Origin: an uncultured bacterium
GTDB lineage: Bacteria > Acidobacteriota > Thermoanaerobaculia > Multivoradales > JAHZIX01
Length of the DNA: 64,000 bases
Direction: 5' to 3'
Assembly: GCA_965368975.1 (NCBI GenBank)
Contig: CBDUPA010000001.1
Coordinates: 352,001 to 416,000, forward strand
The translations under genes and the position numbers were made by a program. A model generated the notes under the pieces. The model made no database searches. It had not been told where the DNA came from and saw nothing but the letters and a program-made list of their open reading frames with translations. Positions 7,499 through 16,900 of the stretch are shown in pieces; position 1 is the stretch's first letter, and every line of letters starts with the position of its first letter.

Positions 7499-10204
7499 AT
7501 GTCGGATTCTTCCTCCAACGGCGAATCTCCGCCGCGCGTCTTCATCAGCTACAGCTGGGATTCCGACGCGCACAAGGAGCGGGTATTCGAGCTGGCGGAG
7601 CGCTTGCGTGATCAAGGTATCGACGCGCAGCTCGACCAGTACGAGGTAGCACCGCCGGAGAGCTGGCCGAACTGGATGTGGAACCAGGTCGAGGATGCGG
7701 ACTTCGTGCTGGTGGTGTGTACCGAGACGTACCATCGTCGCTTCCGGGGTAAGGAAGGGCCGGGGCGCGGTCAGGGCGCGACCTGGGAAGGCACGATCTT
7801 GACGCAGAGTCTTTATGACGCTGGGAGTCTCAACACCCGCTTCGTGCCGATCGTGCTGTCGGGCGAAGACACGGAGCACATCCCGCTCGTCCTGCGTGGG
7901 GCGACGCGCTACCAACTGGATCGGGACTACGAGAAGTTGTACCGGCATCTCACGGATCAGCCCGAGTTCGTCAAGCGGCCGTTGGGCCCAGTCAAACAGT
8001 TACCAGTCAAGCAGTTACCAGTCAGACAGCTACCGGTCAGGGAGCTGCAACCGGGGAACGCCGCGCCGCCACCGACGACGACCGAGCTACAGGCGGCCTA
8101 TGCCGCGAAGCGGGACGCCGTCGCCCGAGGGGACGACACGAGCGACATCGATACCCGCATCCTGCGGCTCAAGCGTGAGAGCCGAGAGGGTAGTCGTCTC
8201 GACCCTGGTGACTTCCTCGCGGCCGGACGCTACGAGTTACTGGAAGTGGTCGGCAGTGGAGGCTTCGCCAAGGTCTGGCGTGCCTACGACCATCAAGATC
8301 AGCTAGCTGTCGCCGTCAAGGTGCTGCACGGTCAGTACGTCCAGGATCGCACACGCCGCGACCGCTTCTTCCGAGGTGCCAAGCGCATGGCGGCGCTGCG
8401 CCATCCGGGGATCGTGCGCGTGCTGACCGACAGAATGGAGGAGGACGGGCACCACTTCTTCGTCATGGAGTACGTCGCGGGGGGCGACTTGCGGCGCGCC
8501 GTGCTCGCGGGGCGCATCACCGACGAGACCAGCGCCGTCGAACTGATCGTGCAGGTGAGTGATGCGCTGGCCTACGCCCACGAGCAAGGCGTGATCCACC
8601 GCGACGTCAAGCCGGCGAATATCCTCTTGGAGCCGGGTGGTGCTGCGAAGCTGACCGACTTCGACCTGGTGCGAGCCGAGGGCACCACCGGTGGCACACG
8701 CACCGGGTCCATGGGGACCTTCGTCTATGCCGCGCCCGAGCAGTTGGTCGACGCCAAGAAGGCTGGCCCGCAAGCGGATGTCTACGGCTTGGGCATGAGC
8801 CTGGTCTTTGCGCTGCATGGACAGGACCTGCCACCGACCATGATGCGCGAAGGTGAAGTCATCCTGTCGGGCATCACCTGCTCGGAAAGCGTCAAAGAAG
8901 TCGCGTCGCGGGCGATCGGTTGGCAGCCACACGAACGGTGGAAGAACGTGCGGGAGTTCGCGCGAGCCCTGCAGGCGGCGCGTAGCGGGGAGTCCGTGGT
9001 GGCCGCGAGCCAGCCAGAGCGTTCCGGCTCGACCGAGCATCGGGCCTCCATCTCACCGGCCATCGCATCGGCCGTTATCGGTCACCGGCTGGGGGACCGG
9101 CCTGGTGCGACGCTGGTGTGCATCGGCGGCCTGCACGGCAACGAACCCGCTGGGGTCATCGCCCTGGAGAGAGTTTTTCGAGCCCTCGGTGAGGCGCCAG
9201 CGGATCAGCCCACCGGAGATCTGCACGGCGAGTTCATCGGCCTGCGCGGTCATCCCGAAGCTCTCGCCGCTGGCCAGCGCTTCCTGGAAGTCGATCTGCA
9301 GCACCACTGGCAGCCCAGCCGCGTTCACGCTAGCCGCTTTGGCAAGTTGATCGACAGCCCGGTGCCCGAAGACCGTCAGCTCGACGCGTTGCGCCAGCAG
9401 TTGGAGCTGATCTTCGGCCGCGCCCGGGGGCCCGTCTTCGTGATCGACTTGCACACCACAGGTGGCCCCAGTATCCCTTTCAGCACCATTGCGGACTCGC
9501 TGCGCGATCTGGCTTTCGCGCTGTATTTCCCTGCCCCGATCCTGGCCGAGCCGGAAAGGCAGCTACGCGGCACCTTCACCGACTACGTCGGCAGCCTACG
9601 TCACGCGGCCGTCAGCATCCGGGGCGGGCAGCACGACGACCCCGCCTCTGTCGACCTCCTCGAAGCCGTGATCTGGGTCGCGCTCGAAGAGACCGGTATC
9701 CTGCCGAGCCCGGTACCCCGAGCCGAACAAGGTCGACGTCTCCTCGGCGACCTCGTTGAGGGCTTGCCGCGCATCGTCCAGGCCCGCTACCGCCACGCCG
9801 TGAGTCCGGAGGATGCCTTCGTGATGGAGCCCGGGTACACCAACTACTCGCTGGTCCAAGAGGGCCAGGTCCTGGCGCACGACAAGAACGGTCCGGTGTG
9901 CAGCCCCGCGAGCGGTGTCCTCCTGAAGCCTCTTTACCAGACACAGGGCACCGAGGGCTTTCTCGTGGGGCAAGCCTTCCGCCCCTTCTGGCTGAAGTTC
10001 TCCGCCCTGCTGCGCCGGCTTGGCCTGGACCAGATGGCTCCCTGGCTCCCCGGCGTGCGTGCGCATCCGGAGCTACCCGACTCGCTGGTGGTCGATCAAC
10101 GTCTCGCCCGCTGGTACACGGTCGAGTTCTTCTACCTCCTCGGCTACGGCTTGCACGCCGCCGAAGAGAACCAGCTGGTCTTCGCAGCTAGAAACGTCGG
10201 ATAG
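7499..10204 (+). CDS. Fusion protein: SEFIR/TIR-like domain + Hanks-type Ser/Thr kinase + degenerate succinylglutamate desuccinylase/aspartoacylase (M14-like) domain
   Basis: RVFISYSWDS...LDQY...ADFVLVVCT...GATWEG...FVPI (SEFIR); GSGGFAKV, VAVK, HRDVKPANILL, DFD, GTFVYAAPE, DVYGLG (kinase); GGLHGNEPAG, IDLHTT, GQHDD, FVMEPGYTN (AstE/AspA). Confidence 0.88.
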   Translation: MSDSSSNGESPPRVFISYSWDSDAHKERVFELAERLRDQGIDAQLDQYEVAPPESWPNWMWNQVEDADFVLVVCTETYHRRFRGKEGPGRGQGATWEGTILTQSLYDAGSLNTRFVPIVLSGEDTEHIPLVLRGATRYQLDRDYEKLYRHLTDQPEFVKRPLGPVKQLPVKQLPVRQLPVRELQPGNAAPPPTTTELQAAYAAKRDAVARGDDTSDIDTRILRLKRESREGSRLDPGDFLAAGRYELLEVVGSGGFAKVWRAYDHQDQLAVAVKVLHGQYVQDRTRRDRFFRGAKRMAALRHPGIVRVLTDRMEEDGHHFFVMEYVAGGDLRRAVLAGRITDETSAVELIVQVSDALAYAHEQGVIHRDVKPANILLEPGGAAKLTDFDLVRAEGTTGGTRTGSMGTFVYAAPEQLVDAKKAGPQADVYGLGMSLVFALHGQDLPPTMMREGEVILSGITCSESVKEVASRAIGWQPHERWKNVREFARALQAARSGESVVAASQPERSGSTEHRASISPAIASAVIGHRLGDRPGATLVCIGGLHGNEPAGVIALERVFRALGEAPADQPTGDLHGEFIGLRGHPEALAAGQRFLEVDLQHHWQPSRVHASRFGKLIDSPVPEDRQLDALRQQLELIFGRARGPVFVIDLHTTGGPSIPFSTIADSLRDLAFALYFPAPILAEPERQLRGTFTDYVGSLRHAAVSIRGGQHDDPASVDLLEAVIWVALEETGILPSPVPRAEQGRRLLGDLVEGLPRIVQARYRHAVSPEDAFVMEPGYTNYSLVQEGQVLAHDKNGPVCSPASGVLLKPLYQTQGTEGFLVGQAFRPFWLKFSALLRRLGLDQMAPWLPGVRAHPELPDSLVVDQRLARWYTVEFFYLLGYGLHAAEENQLVFAARNVG
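7988..8047 (+). repeat. 15-bp coding tandem repeat (PVKQL x4) in the SEFIR-kinase linker
   Basis: CCAGTCAAACAGTTA-like unit x4. Confidence 0.85.
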
Positions 10205-10276
10205 CCGACAGGTTGGTCGGTAGTGGCTCCAGATCCATCTGACCCCTGCTACCGACCCCTGCTACAATCCCGGCCC

Positions 10277-11713
10277 ATGGAAACGCCGCAAAATCCGCTG
10301 CACGAGCGCTACGCTTCCCGCGATATGGCGCGCCTGTTCACCGCCTCTCACCGCTTTGGCCAGTGGCGCCGGCTGTGGGTCACCTTGGCGCGCTGCCAGC
10401 AGGAGTTGGGACTGGCGATCACGGATCGGCAGCTCGACGCGTTGGAGAAGGCAGCGCCGCCGGATCTGGAGCGAGTGGCGGAGCTGGAGCGTCAGACGCG
10501 GCACGACGTGGTGGCGCATTTGCGGCACTTCAAGGAGCAGGCGGACGAGGTCGATGCGGAAAGCGGCGCCGGGGGCATCCTGCACTTGGGGGCGACCAGC
10601 GCCTTCATCACCGACAACACCGACATGCTGCTGTTCCGCGACGCCTTGCGCCTGCTGGAGACGCGGCTGGTGGCGACGATCGGCAACCTGGCGACCTTCG
10701 CGCGTTCCCACAAGGACGTCACGTGCCTGGCTTACACGCACTTCCAGCCTGCACAGCTGACCACGGTCGGCAAGCGGGCCTGCCTGTGGATGCAGGACTT
10801 CGTGATGGATCTGGAGGACCTGCGGCACCTGCTCGACGGCCTGCGCTGCCGGGGCGTCAAGGGGACGACGGGGACGCAGGCAAGCTATGTGGCCCTGTTC
10901 GGCGATGGACAGGATGAGAAGGTCCGGCAGCTCGACCGCCGCTTCGCCGAGCGCTTGGGCTTCGCCGGCAGCTTCGCGGTTACCGGCCAGACCTACAGCC
11001 GCAAGCAGGATTCGCGCATCCTGCACGTGCTGGCGGGCCTCGGCGAGAGCGTGCACAAATTTGGCACCGATCTTCGCTTGTTGCAGGGCGTCGGGGAACT
11101 TTCCGAGCCGTTCGACGAGCACCAGGTGGGCTCGTCGGCGATGGCCTACAAGCGCAACCCGGTGCGTGCCGAGCGGCTGTGCGGCCTGTCGCGCCGGCTG
11201 CTGACGGACAGCCTCAACGGTCCGCTCAACACCGCCACCCAGTGGCTGGAGCGCAGTCTCGATGATTCGTCGAACCGGCGGCTGGTGCTGCCGGATGCGT
11301 TGCTCGGTGCTGATGCGGTGCTGGGGCTGGCCAGCCATATCGCGGCTGGGCTGCGACTGCGGCCGGCGACGATCGCGGCACGGGTGGCGCGCGAGTTGCC
11401 GTTCATGGCGACGGAGAAGCTGCTCATGGAAGCGGTCAAGCGTGGCGGTGATCGGCAAGAGCTGCACGAAGCGCTGCGCGTGCACAGCCTGGCGGCCCAG
11501 GAGGCGGTGGAGCGGGGCGACGCCAATCCATTGATCGATGCCATCCTTGCCGATTCGTCGTTCCGTCTCGAACGCGCCGAGGTCGAGGCATGGTTGCGAC
11601 CGGAAGAGTTCCGTGGTCGCTCGCCGCGACAGGTCGAGGAGTTCCTGGACGAAGTGGTGGAGCCGCTGCTGCGCGGGGCGGAGGCTGCCGACGTCGAGGC
11701 GCCGCGTGTTTGA
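10277..11713 (+). CDS. purB: Adenylosuccinate lyase
   Basis: NPLHERYAS, RHDVVAH, HLGATS, YTHFQPAQLTTVGKR, GSSAMAYKRNP signature, WLERSLDDS. Confidence 0.96.
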   Translation: METPQNPLHERYASRDMARLFTASHRFGQWRRLWVTLARCQQELGLAITDRQLDALEKAAPPDLERVAELERQTRHDVVAHLRHFKEQADEVDAESGAGGILHLGATSAFITDNTDMLLFRDALRLLETRLVATIGNLATFARSHKDVTCLAYTHFQPAQLTTVGKRACLWMQDFVMDLEDLRHLLDGLRCRGVKGTTGTQASYVALFGDGQDEKVRQLDRRFAERLGFAGSFAVTGQTYSRKQDSRILHVLAGLGESVHKFGTDLRLLQGVGELSEPFDEHQVGSSAMAYKRNPVRAERLCGLSRRLLTDSLNGPLNTATQWLERSLDDSSNRRLVLPDALLGADAVLGLASHIAAGLRLRPATIAARVARELPFMATEKLLMEAVKRGGDRQELHEALRVHSLAAQEAVERGDANPLIDAILADSSFRLERAEVEAWLRPEEFRGRSPRQVEEFLDEVVEPLLRGAEAADVEAPRV

Positions 11714-12383
11714 TCGGGACCAGCGTCTCGGCCTCCTTCGCCTGGCCCTGCTGTTGACCACGACGCTCGTGCTGCTGGCCCCCTTCGGCTGCGGTGCCAA
11801 GCGCGGCCCGTCGACCATCGCCGAGCTGGCCGAGTTCGAGCCAGGGACCAAGATCGAGAGCGGCGTTGCCTCCTGGTACGGTCACCCCTTCCACGGCCGG
11901 CGCACCGCCAACGGCGAGGTCTACGACATGCACCTGCTGACCGCGGCGCACCAGCATCTGCCGTTCGGTACGGTGCTCCAGGTGGTCAACCGCGACAACG
12001 GGCGTAGTGTCGAGGTGCGGGTCAACGATCGCGGGCCGTTCGCCAAGGGGCGCATCTTGGATCTATCGAAGGCCGGTGCCGAAGCCTTGGGCATGATCGG
12101 TCCCGGCACGGCACGTGTCGACCTCTACCTGGTGTCGCCACCACCGCCCGACGACCGCGTCTACCTGGTGCAGGCCGGAGCTTTCCGTAGCCGGGGCAAG
12201 GCCGAGTCCTTGCAGGGCCGCATCCAGGACGAGTTCCCGCAGCTCGATGTGCGCGTGAACAGTGAAGATGGCTGGCACCGCGTCCACATCGGTCGCTACG
12301 ACGTGCGCTCTCAGGCTGCCGAGCTGGTGCGCCAGCTGAAGCGGGCGGGGGTCGAAGCCTGGGTGGTCGCGGTGGCGCCCTAG
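11706..12383 (+). CDS. rlpA: Septal ring lytic transglycosylase RlpA (lipoprotein, DPBB + SPOR)
   Basis: Lipobox-like Cys; GVASWYG..FHGRRTANGEVYDM..TAAH..LPFGT; VRVNDRGPF; SPOR VQAGAF; GTG start overlaps purB end. Confidence 0.93.
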   Translation: MFDRDQRLGLLRLALLLTTTLVLLAPFGCGAKRGPSTIAELAEFEPGTKIESGVASWYGHPFHGRRTANGEVYDMHLLTAAHQHLPFGTVLQVVNRDNGRSVEVRVNDRGPFAKGRILDLSKAGAEALGMIGPGTARVDLYLVSPPPPDDRVYLVQAGAFRSRGKAESLQGRIQDEFPQLDVRVNSEDGWHRVHIGRYDVRSQAAELVRQLKRAGVEAWVVAVAP

Positions 12384-12589
12384 CTCGACGGGGCCAGAGG
12401 ATGGGGGGAGCGTGGCCGTCTTCTTCGCCCGCGCTTTTCGTGAAGAGACGCAAGGCGTGCTGCAGGTTTTCTTCGCTTGATTGGTAACGCTGCGACGCGG
12501 TGTGTGACTAACCTGAGTCATGGTCTGCTCTTCGCATGTCGCCGAGGGTGGGCTCAGGATGTCCAACTGCGTGGCACGGAGGCCAATCA

Positions 12590-14896
12590 ATGATCATGAA
12601 GAGTTTCTTGTATCGATCTCTGCCCGTTCTCTTGTGCTGTATGTTCAGCGCCGTGGTCTCCATTGCGGCGCCGGCAATGGCGCAGCCGGATCCGCGCTGC
12701 GCATGGGTCGCTGGCTTCCATGGCACTGGAATTCCGAGTGGCGTGGTCAACGCTTCCGTGGTTTGGGACGATGGTAATAGCCCGGCTCTGGTCGTTGCCG
12801 GTTCGTTGGGGGCCATCGGAGATGTATCGGCCAGCAACATCGCGCGCTGGAGCGGCTCCATGTGGACGCCCCTTGGCAGTGGGTTGCAGGGGCAGGTTCG
12901 GGCGCTGGCGGTGTACGACGATGGCGCTGGCTCGGCGCTTTACGCTGGTGGCTACTTCACGACCGCGGGCAACGTTCCTGTGAATTACATCGCCAAGTGG
13001 GATGGTTCGTCGTGGTCGGCGCTGGGTACCGGAATGGATGCCAAGGTCGAGGAGCTGGTGGTGTACGACGACGGGAGCGGTGCTGCACTCTACGCTGCAG
13101 GTAGCTTCCAGACGGCCGGCGGTGTCAACGTTGAAGGACTCGCCAAGTGGCAGGGCTCAGCCTGGTCTGCCGTCAGCGGAGGTGGCTCAGTGCATCTCGA
13201 GGCACTGGCGGTGTACGACGACGGCGCTGGGCCTCGGCTCTATGCCTCGGGGCACTTCACCGAGATTGATGGTGTTCCGGCCAATCGAATAGCGGCCTGG
13301 GATGGGAGTTCCTGGGCAGCCCTCGGGACTGGCCTGGATAGGCCGTCGCAGACGCTGACCGTACACGACGATGGAGACGGACCAGCCTTGTATGCCGGCG
13401 GCTACTTTGCCTCGGCAGGCGGCCTCAGTGTCGAGAAGATTGCGCGTTGGGATGGCACGTCTTGGAGTGCTGTTGGGGGTGGTCTGGATTTCATCGTCCA
13501 CGCTTTGACGGTTCATGATGACGGTGGCGGCCCGGCGCTCTATGCCTCGGTCGAAGTTCCGAGTGGGATCCCCAACGGGGGCCGGGTCGCGCGCTGGGAC
13601 GGCGTGACCTGGTCGGACGTCGGTACGGGCATGGACAATCTGGTGAAGACGCTCACCTCTTTCGACACGGGCGCTGCCTCAGTGCTCTACGCAGGGGGGC
13701 AGTTCACGGTCGCAGGTGGAGTCGCTGCCGGTCGCATCGCGGGTTGGGATGGCAGCGTGTGGTCTTCGCCCGACCCGAGCGCCGGCGCCGGTTTGAGTGA
13801 CGAGGTCAGAGCCTTTGCCGTCTTTGACGATGGAGGAGGTCCGAACCTCTACGCCGGTGGTAGCTTTGCCACTGCCGGTGGCACCTTGGTACACGGGGTA
13901 GCACGTTGGGACGGTGGCGTCTGGACGCCGCTGAGTTCGGGCATGAACGGCCGACTTCTGGCTCTGACGGTGTACGACGACGGCACTGGCCCGGCCTTGA
14001 TCGCAGGCGGCGAGTTCACCGAAGCGGGCGGGGTGAGCGCCAACCGAATCGCGAAATGGGACGGCACGGCCTGGAGCCCACTGAGTTCCGGTGCAGATGG
14101 CCCCGTGCGGGCACTGATTGTCCACGACGACGGCACCGGCCCAGCCCTCTACGCGGGTGGTGCCTTCGACCGAATCGGTGGTCACATTTCCCGTGGTATC
14201 GGGCGCTGGGATGGCACGGACTGGGCACACCTGGTGATCAGCGTGCCCGGTTCAGTCTCGGCCTTGGTGGTGTACGACGATGGCACCGGTCCGGCGCTCT
14301 ACGTGGGGGGCGAGTTCGAGTTCAACAACGGCAGCACTATGGTGAACAACATCGCCAGGTGGAACGGCACGAGTTGGCACGCGCTGGGCGCGGGGTTGGA
14401 CAACCGGGTCGACGCGATGGTTGTGTATGACGACGGCGCCAGCGAACAGCTCTATGTCGGGGGACATTTCTTTACCGCCGGAGGCATCTCGGTGCCGGGC
14501 CTGGCGCGTTGGGATGGCGGCGCCTGGAGCACCGCCGGCCCCAACCTCGACAACGGCGGCATCAAGACCTTCGCCATCTACGACGACGGCAACGGTCCCG
14601 TACTCTTCGCTGGTGGTTTCTTCGCCTTCATCGGTGGCGTCAACGCACCACGTATCGCCAGGTGGAACGGGGTGAGTTGGGCGCCTGTGGGCACTGGAAT
14701 GAGCAGTCACGTCTGGGCTCTTGCGGCCTATGACGACGGCCGTAACAGCTCTTTGTTCGCCGGGGGCAACTTCAGCTTCGCCGAAGCTATTCCATCTGCC
14801 ATGATCGCCAACTATCGTTGTCCTACCGCGATTTTCCGTGACGGCTTCGAGAGCGGTGATACAAGCGCATGGTCGGAGCCAGATTCCGAGCCCTGA
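12590..14896 (+). CDS. Secreted beta-propeller repeat protein (YDDGxGPALYAGG repeats) with C-terminal IFRDGFESGD tag
   Basis: Signal peptide; many ~55-aa repeats (VYDDGxGPALYAGGxF...IAxWDGxxW); ends AIFRDGFESGDTSAWSEP. Confidence 0.85.
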   Translation: MIMKSFLYRSLPVLLCCMFSAVVSIAAPAMAQPDPRCAWVAGFHGTGIPSGVVNASVVWDDGNSPALVVAGSLGAIGDVSASNIARWSGSMWTPLGSGLQGQVRALAVYDDGAGSALYAGGYFTTAGNVPVNYIAKWDGSSWSALGTGMDAKVEELVVYDDGSGAALYAAGSFQTAGGVNVEGLAKWQGSAWSAVSGGGSVHLEALAVYDDGAGPRLYASGHFTEIDGVPANRIAAWDGSSWAALGTGLDRPSQTLTVHDDGDGPALYAGGYFASAGGLSVEKIARWDGTSWSAVGGGLDFIVHALTVHDDGGGPALYASVEVPSGIPNGGRVARWDGVTWSDVGTGMDNLVKTLTSFDTGAASVLYAGGQFTVAGGVAAGRIAGWDGSVWSSPDPSAGAGLSDEVRAFAVFDDGGGPNLYAGGSFATAGGTLVHGVARWDGGVWTPLSSGMNGRLLALTVYDDGTGPALIAGGEFTEAGGVSANRIAKWDGTAWSPLSSGADGPVRALIVHDDGTGPALYAGGAFDRIGGHISRGIGRWDGTDWAHLVISVPGSVSALVVYDDGTGPALYVGGEFEFNNGSTMVNNIARWNGTSWHALGAGLDNRVDAMVVYDDGASEQLYVGGHFFTAGGISVPGLARWDGGAWSTAGPNLDNGGIKTFAIYDDGNGPVLFAGGFFAFIGGVNAPRIARWNGVSWAPVGTGMSSHVWALAAYDDGRNSSLFAGGNFSFAEAIPSAMIANYRCPTAIFRDGFESGDTSAWSEPDSEP

Positions 14897-15003
14897 ACTA
14901 CCAGACTCACTCTTCTGGTTCCTGCTGCGGGCTTCTTCTGGGCTTGGTCCAACAGAAAGAAGCCCACGCTGGCTCTCGGGTAAGCCTCGGCTATCATCGT
15001 CAC

Positions 15004-15831
15004 ATGTTTCAGATGGATCTGACGACCACGTCTGACTCCAGTTGCTTGCTGCCCCTCTTTGCTGATCACCAGCAGCTACGAGCGATCCGAGACGCTGTTC
15101 TCGAAGGCCGGTTCGGTCGAGCCTGGGTGGATCAAGCGCAGCGGCCAGCCGTGGCGCGACTGGATCTGGGCTGCTATGCGATCTTCGGTGGAGACTCGAC
15201 TGCGGACAGTGCCCAGGTACTCATCGAGAGCGTCGCCGCGCCGAGAGAACTGATCTATCCCGATACCGCGTGGCGACGGCGTCTGCTGCAGGCGTTCGAG
15301 TCGAGGCTGCAGGATCGGCCCATGGAGGCCTTTTCCGGCGCGCGTCTGGCGCCCGCACGGCTGCAGGTGCTCGCCGAGGCGTTGCCAGCCGGATACCGGT
15401 GCGCTGCGCTGAATGCAGACGACGCGACGCAGCTCGATGCCGGTCTGGAGCCACACGGACTGCAGGTTTACAGGGACCCGGAAGTACTGGTTCGAGACGG
15501 CATGGCTTGGGGCCTCTTCACCACCGCTGCTGAGCCTCGCCTGGTCAGTATCGCCAGTTCCTACGCGATGTCGAATCGTAGCGTCGAGGTGGCGATCTCC
15601 ACGCGACCGGAACATCGAGGCCGCGGTCTGGCCGTTGCTGTGGCTGCCCGCTTCTGCCTGGAGGCTCTGCGCCGAGGTTTGGAGCCGTGTTGGAACGCGG
15701 CCAATCCGGTGTCCAAGCGCTTGGCACGTCGTTTGGGGTTCGAACCGGCGGGGGAATGTGAGGTCTTGTTCTTGGAAGGCGGTCGAAGGCGCACCGGCTC
15801 CGCGGGATCTCCCGCAGAGCCGGCGGCGTGA
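15004..15831 (+). CDS. GNAT-family acetyltransferase
   Basis: VEVAISTRPEHRGRGLA acetyl-CoA motif; PCWNAANPVSKRLARRLGF. Confidence 0.85.
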   Translation: MFQMDLTTTSDSSCLLPLFADHQQLRAIRDAVLEGRFGRAWVDQAQRPAVARLDLGCYAIFGGDSTADSAQVLIESVAAPRELIYPDTAWRRRLLQAFESRLQDRPMEAFSGARLAPARLQVLAEALPAGYRCAALNADDATQLDAGLEPHGLQVYRDPEVLVRDGMAWGLFTTAAEPRLVSIASSYAMSNRSVEVAISTRPEHRGRGLAVAVAARFCLEALRRGLEPCWNAANPVSKRLARRLGFEPAGECEVLFLEGGRRRTGSAGSPAEPAA

Positions 15832-15835
15832 GCCT

Positions 15836-16900
15836 CTAGTACGTCGATCCGTCGGCAGGCTTCTTCTTGGCGCCTCCCAACAGGAAGCTGAAGTCCGCGC
15901 TCGTGCAGGTCGGCTTCCCTTCAGGATCCGGTGGGCAGTAGGTCGTGGTGGCTCCAGTGTGGCAACCGATACAGGTGTGCGGGAACTTCTGGTAGAAGGT
16001 CTCCATAGTCGTATTGGACACGAACTCTGGTGTGCCCGCTGCCGCGGCGCCGGTTGCCCATTGTGTGCTGACTTGCTCATAGTGCTCCCAGACCGAGCCG
16101 ACGAGTAGCCCTCGGTAGTACGCATTGAGCTGAGCGGCGTTGTCTTCGATCGGTGTTTCGCGCACCACTTGCGCGGGAGTCTGGATCGGTGTGCCGTCGG
16201 GGTTGAGTTCCTTGGCGGCAGTCCAGGGTTGGGGCACGGTCTCGGTGTTCACCGGTGCGCAGTCGCTGCAGTCCGGTTTGAAGAAGGAACTGGTGGTGTT
16301 GTCGACCTGCTCGAACGTCGACCAGACAAAGCCGAAGGTCGGGTCCTTGTGCACGATGTGGAGGCCTACCAGGCCGAGTGTCACCGGCTGCGGCTCGGGA
16401 CTGGCCTCGCCCGCGACGTCGTTGTAGATCACTCCCTGGGTGGTGTAGAAGCGGATGGGTTGATGGTTCTTCTCCTCCTCGCTCAATACCTTCCAGGCTG
16501 CCTTGATCTCGATCGCTCCGGCGGTGCCACAGGGAATCTTGTCGCCTGCAGGGCTCAAGCAGTTTTCTTGACCGGCGTAGGGGAAGTCGATGGTCTTGCC
16601 GACCTGGCCGGAAACCCAGTTGAGATCATTGGTCGTGATGTAGTTGTACTCGTCCTCATTGACGTGGATGGTGTAGCGTACCCAGCGCCCGTTACGGTCG
16701 ACCAGCGGACCGGTGAATGCTTCGAGTACGCCATGAAACTGCCCGCTGTCAGGAATCTTCGACAGGCCGTGGAAGTCCGGAGACTCATTTGCCACCAGGG
16801 CTTGAGAGCACCACGGGGCCGCTCCGTCTTCCGAGAAGATATCGGTGTTGCGCAGGTAGGTCTCCCAGACCCGTTTGCCGGCCGTATCGGATGGGCTACT
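15836..16900 (-). pseudogene. 5'-truncated cytochrome c-family protein (single CxxCH)
   Basis: CIGCH near C-terminus; GAIEIKAAWK, LGLVGLHIVHK, WSTFEQVDN, NTTMETF; the frame stays protein-like upstream of the GTG (KRVWETY) but has no start or signal peptide before an in-frame stop. Confidence 0.6.

Noticed and set aside
10262-11851. Long antisense ORFs (for example 529 aa opposite purB, 545 aa opposite ASPIC-3, 541 aa opposite leuC, 509 aa opposite the propeller gene)
   Set aside because: These are expected shadow ORFs of high-GC3 coding strands and carry no independent motifs
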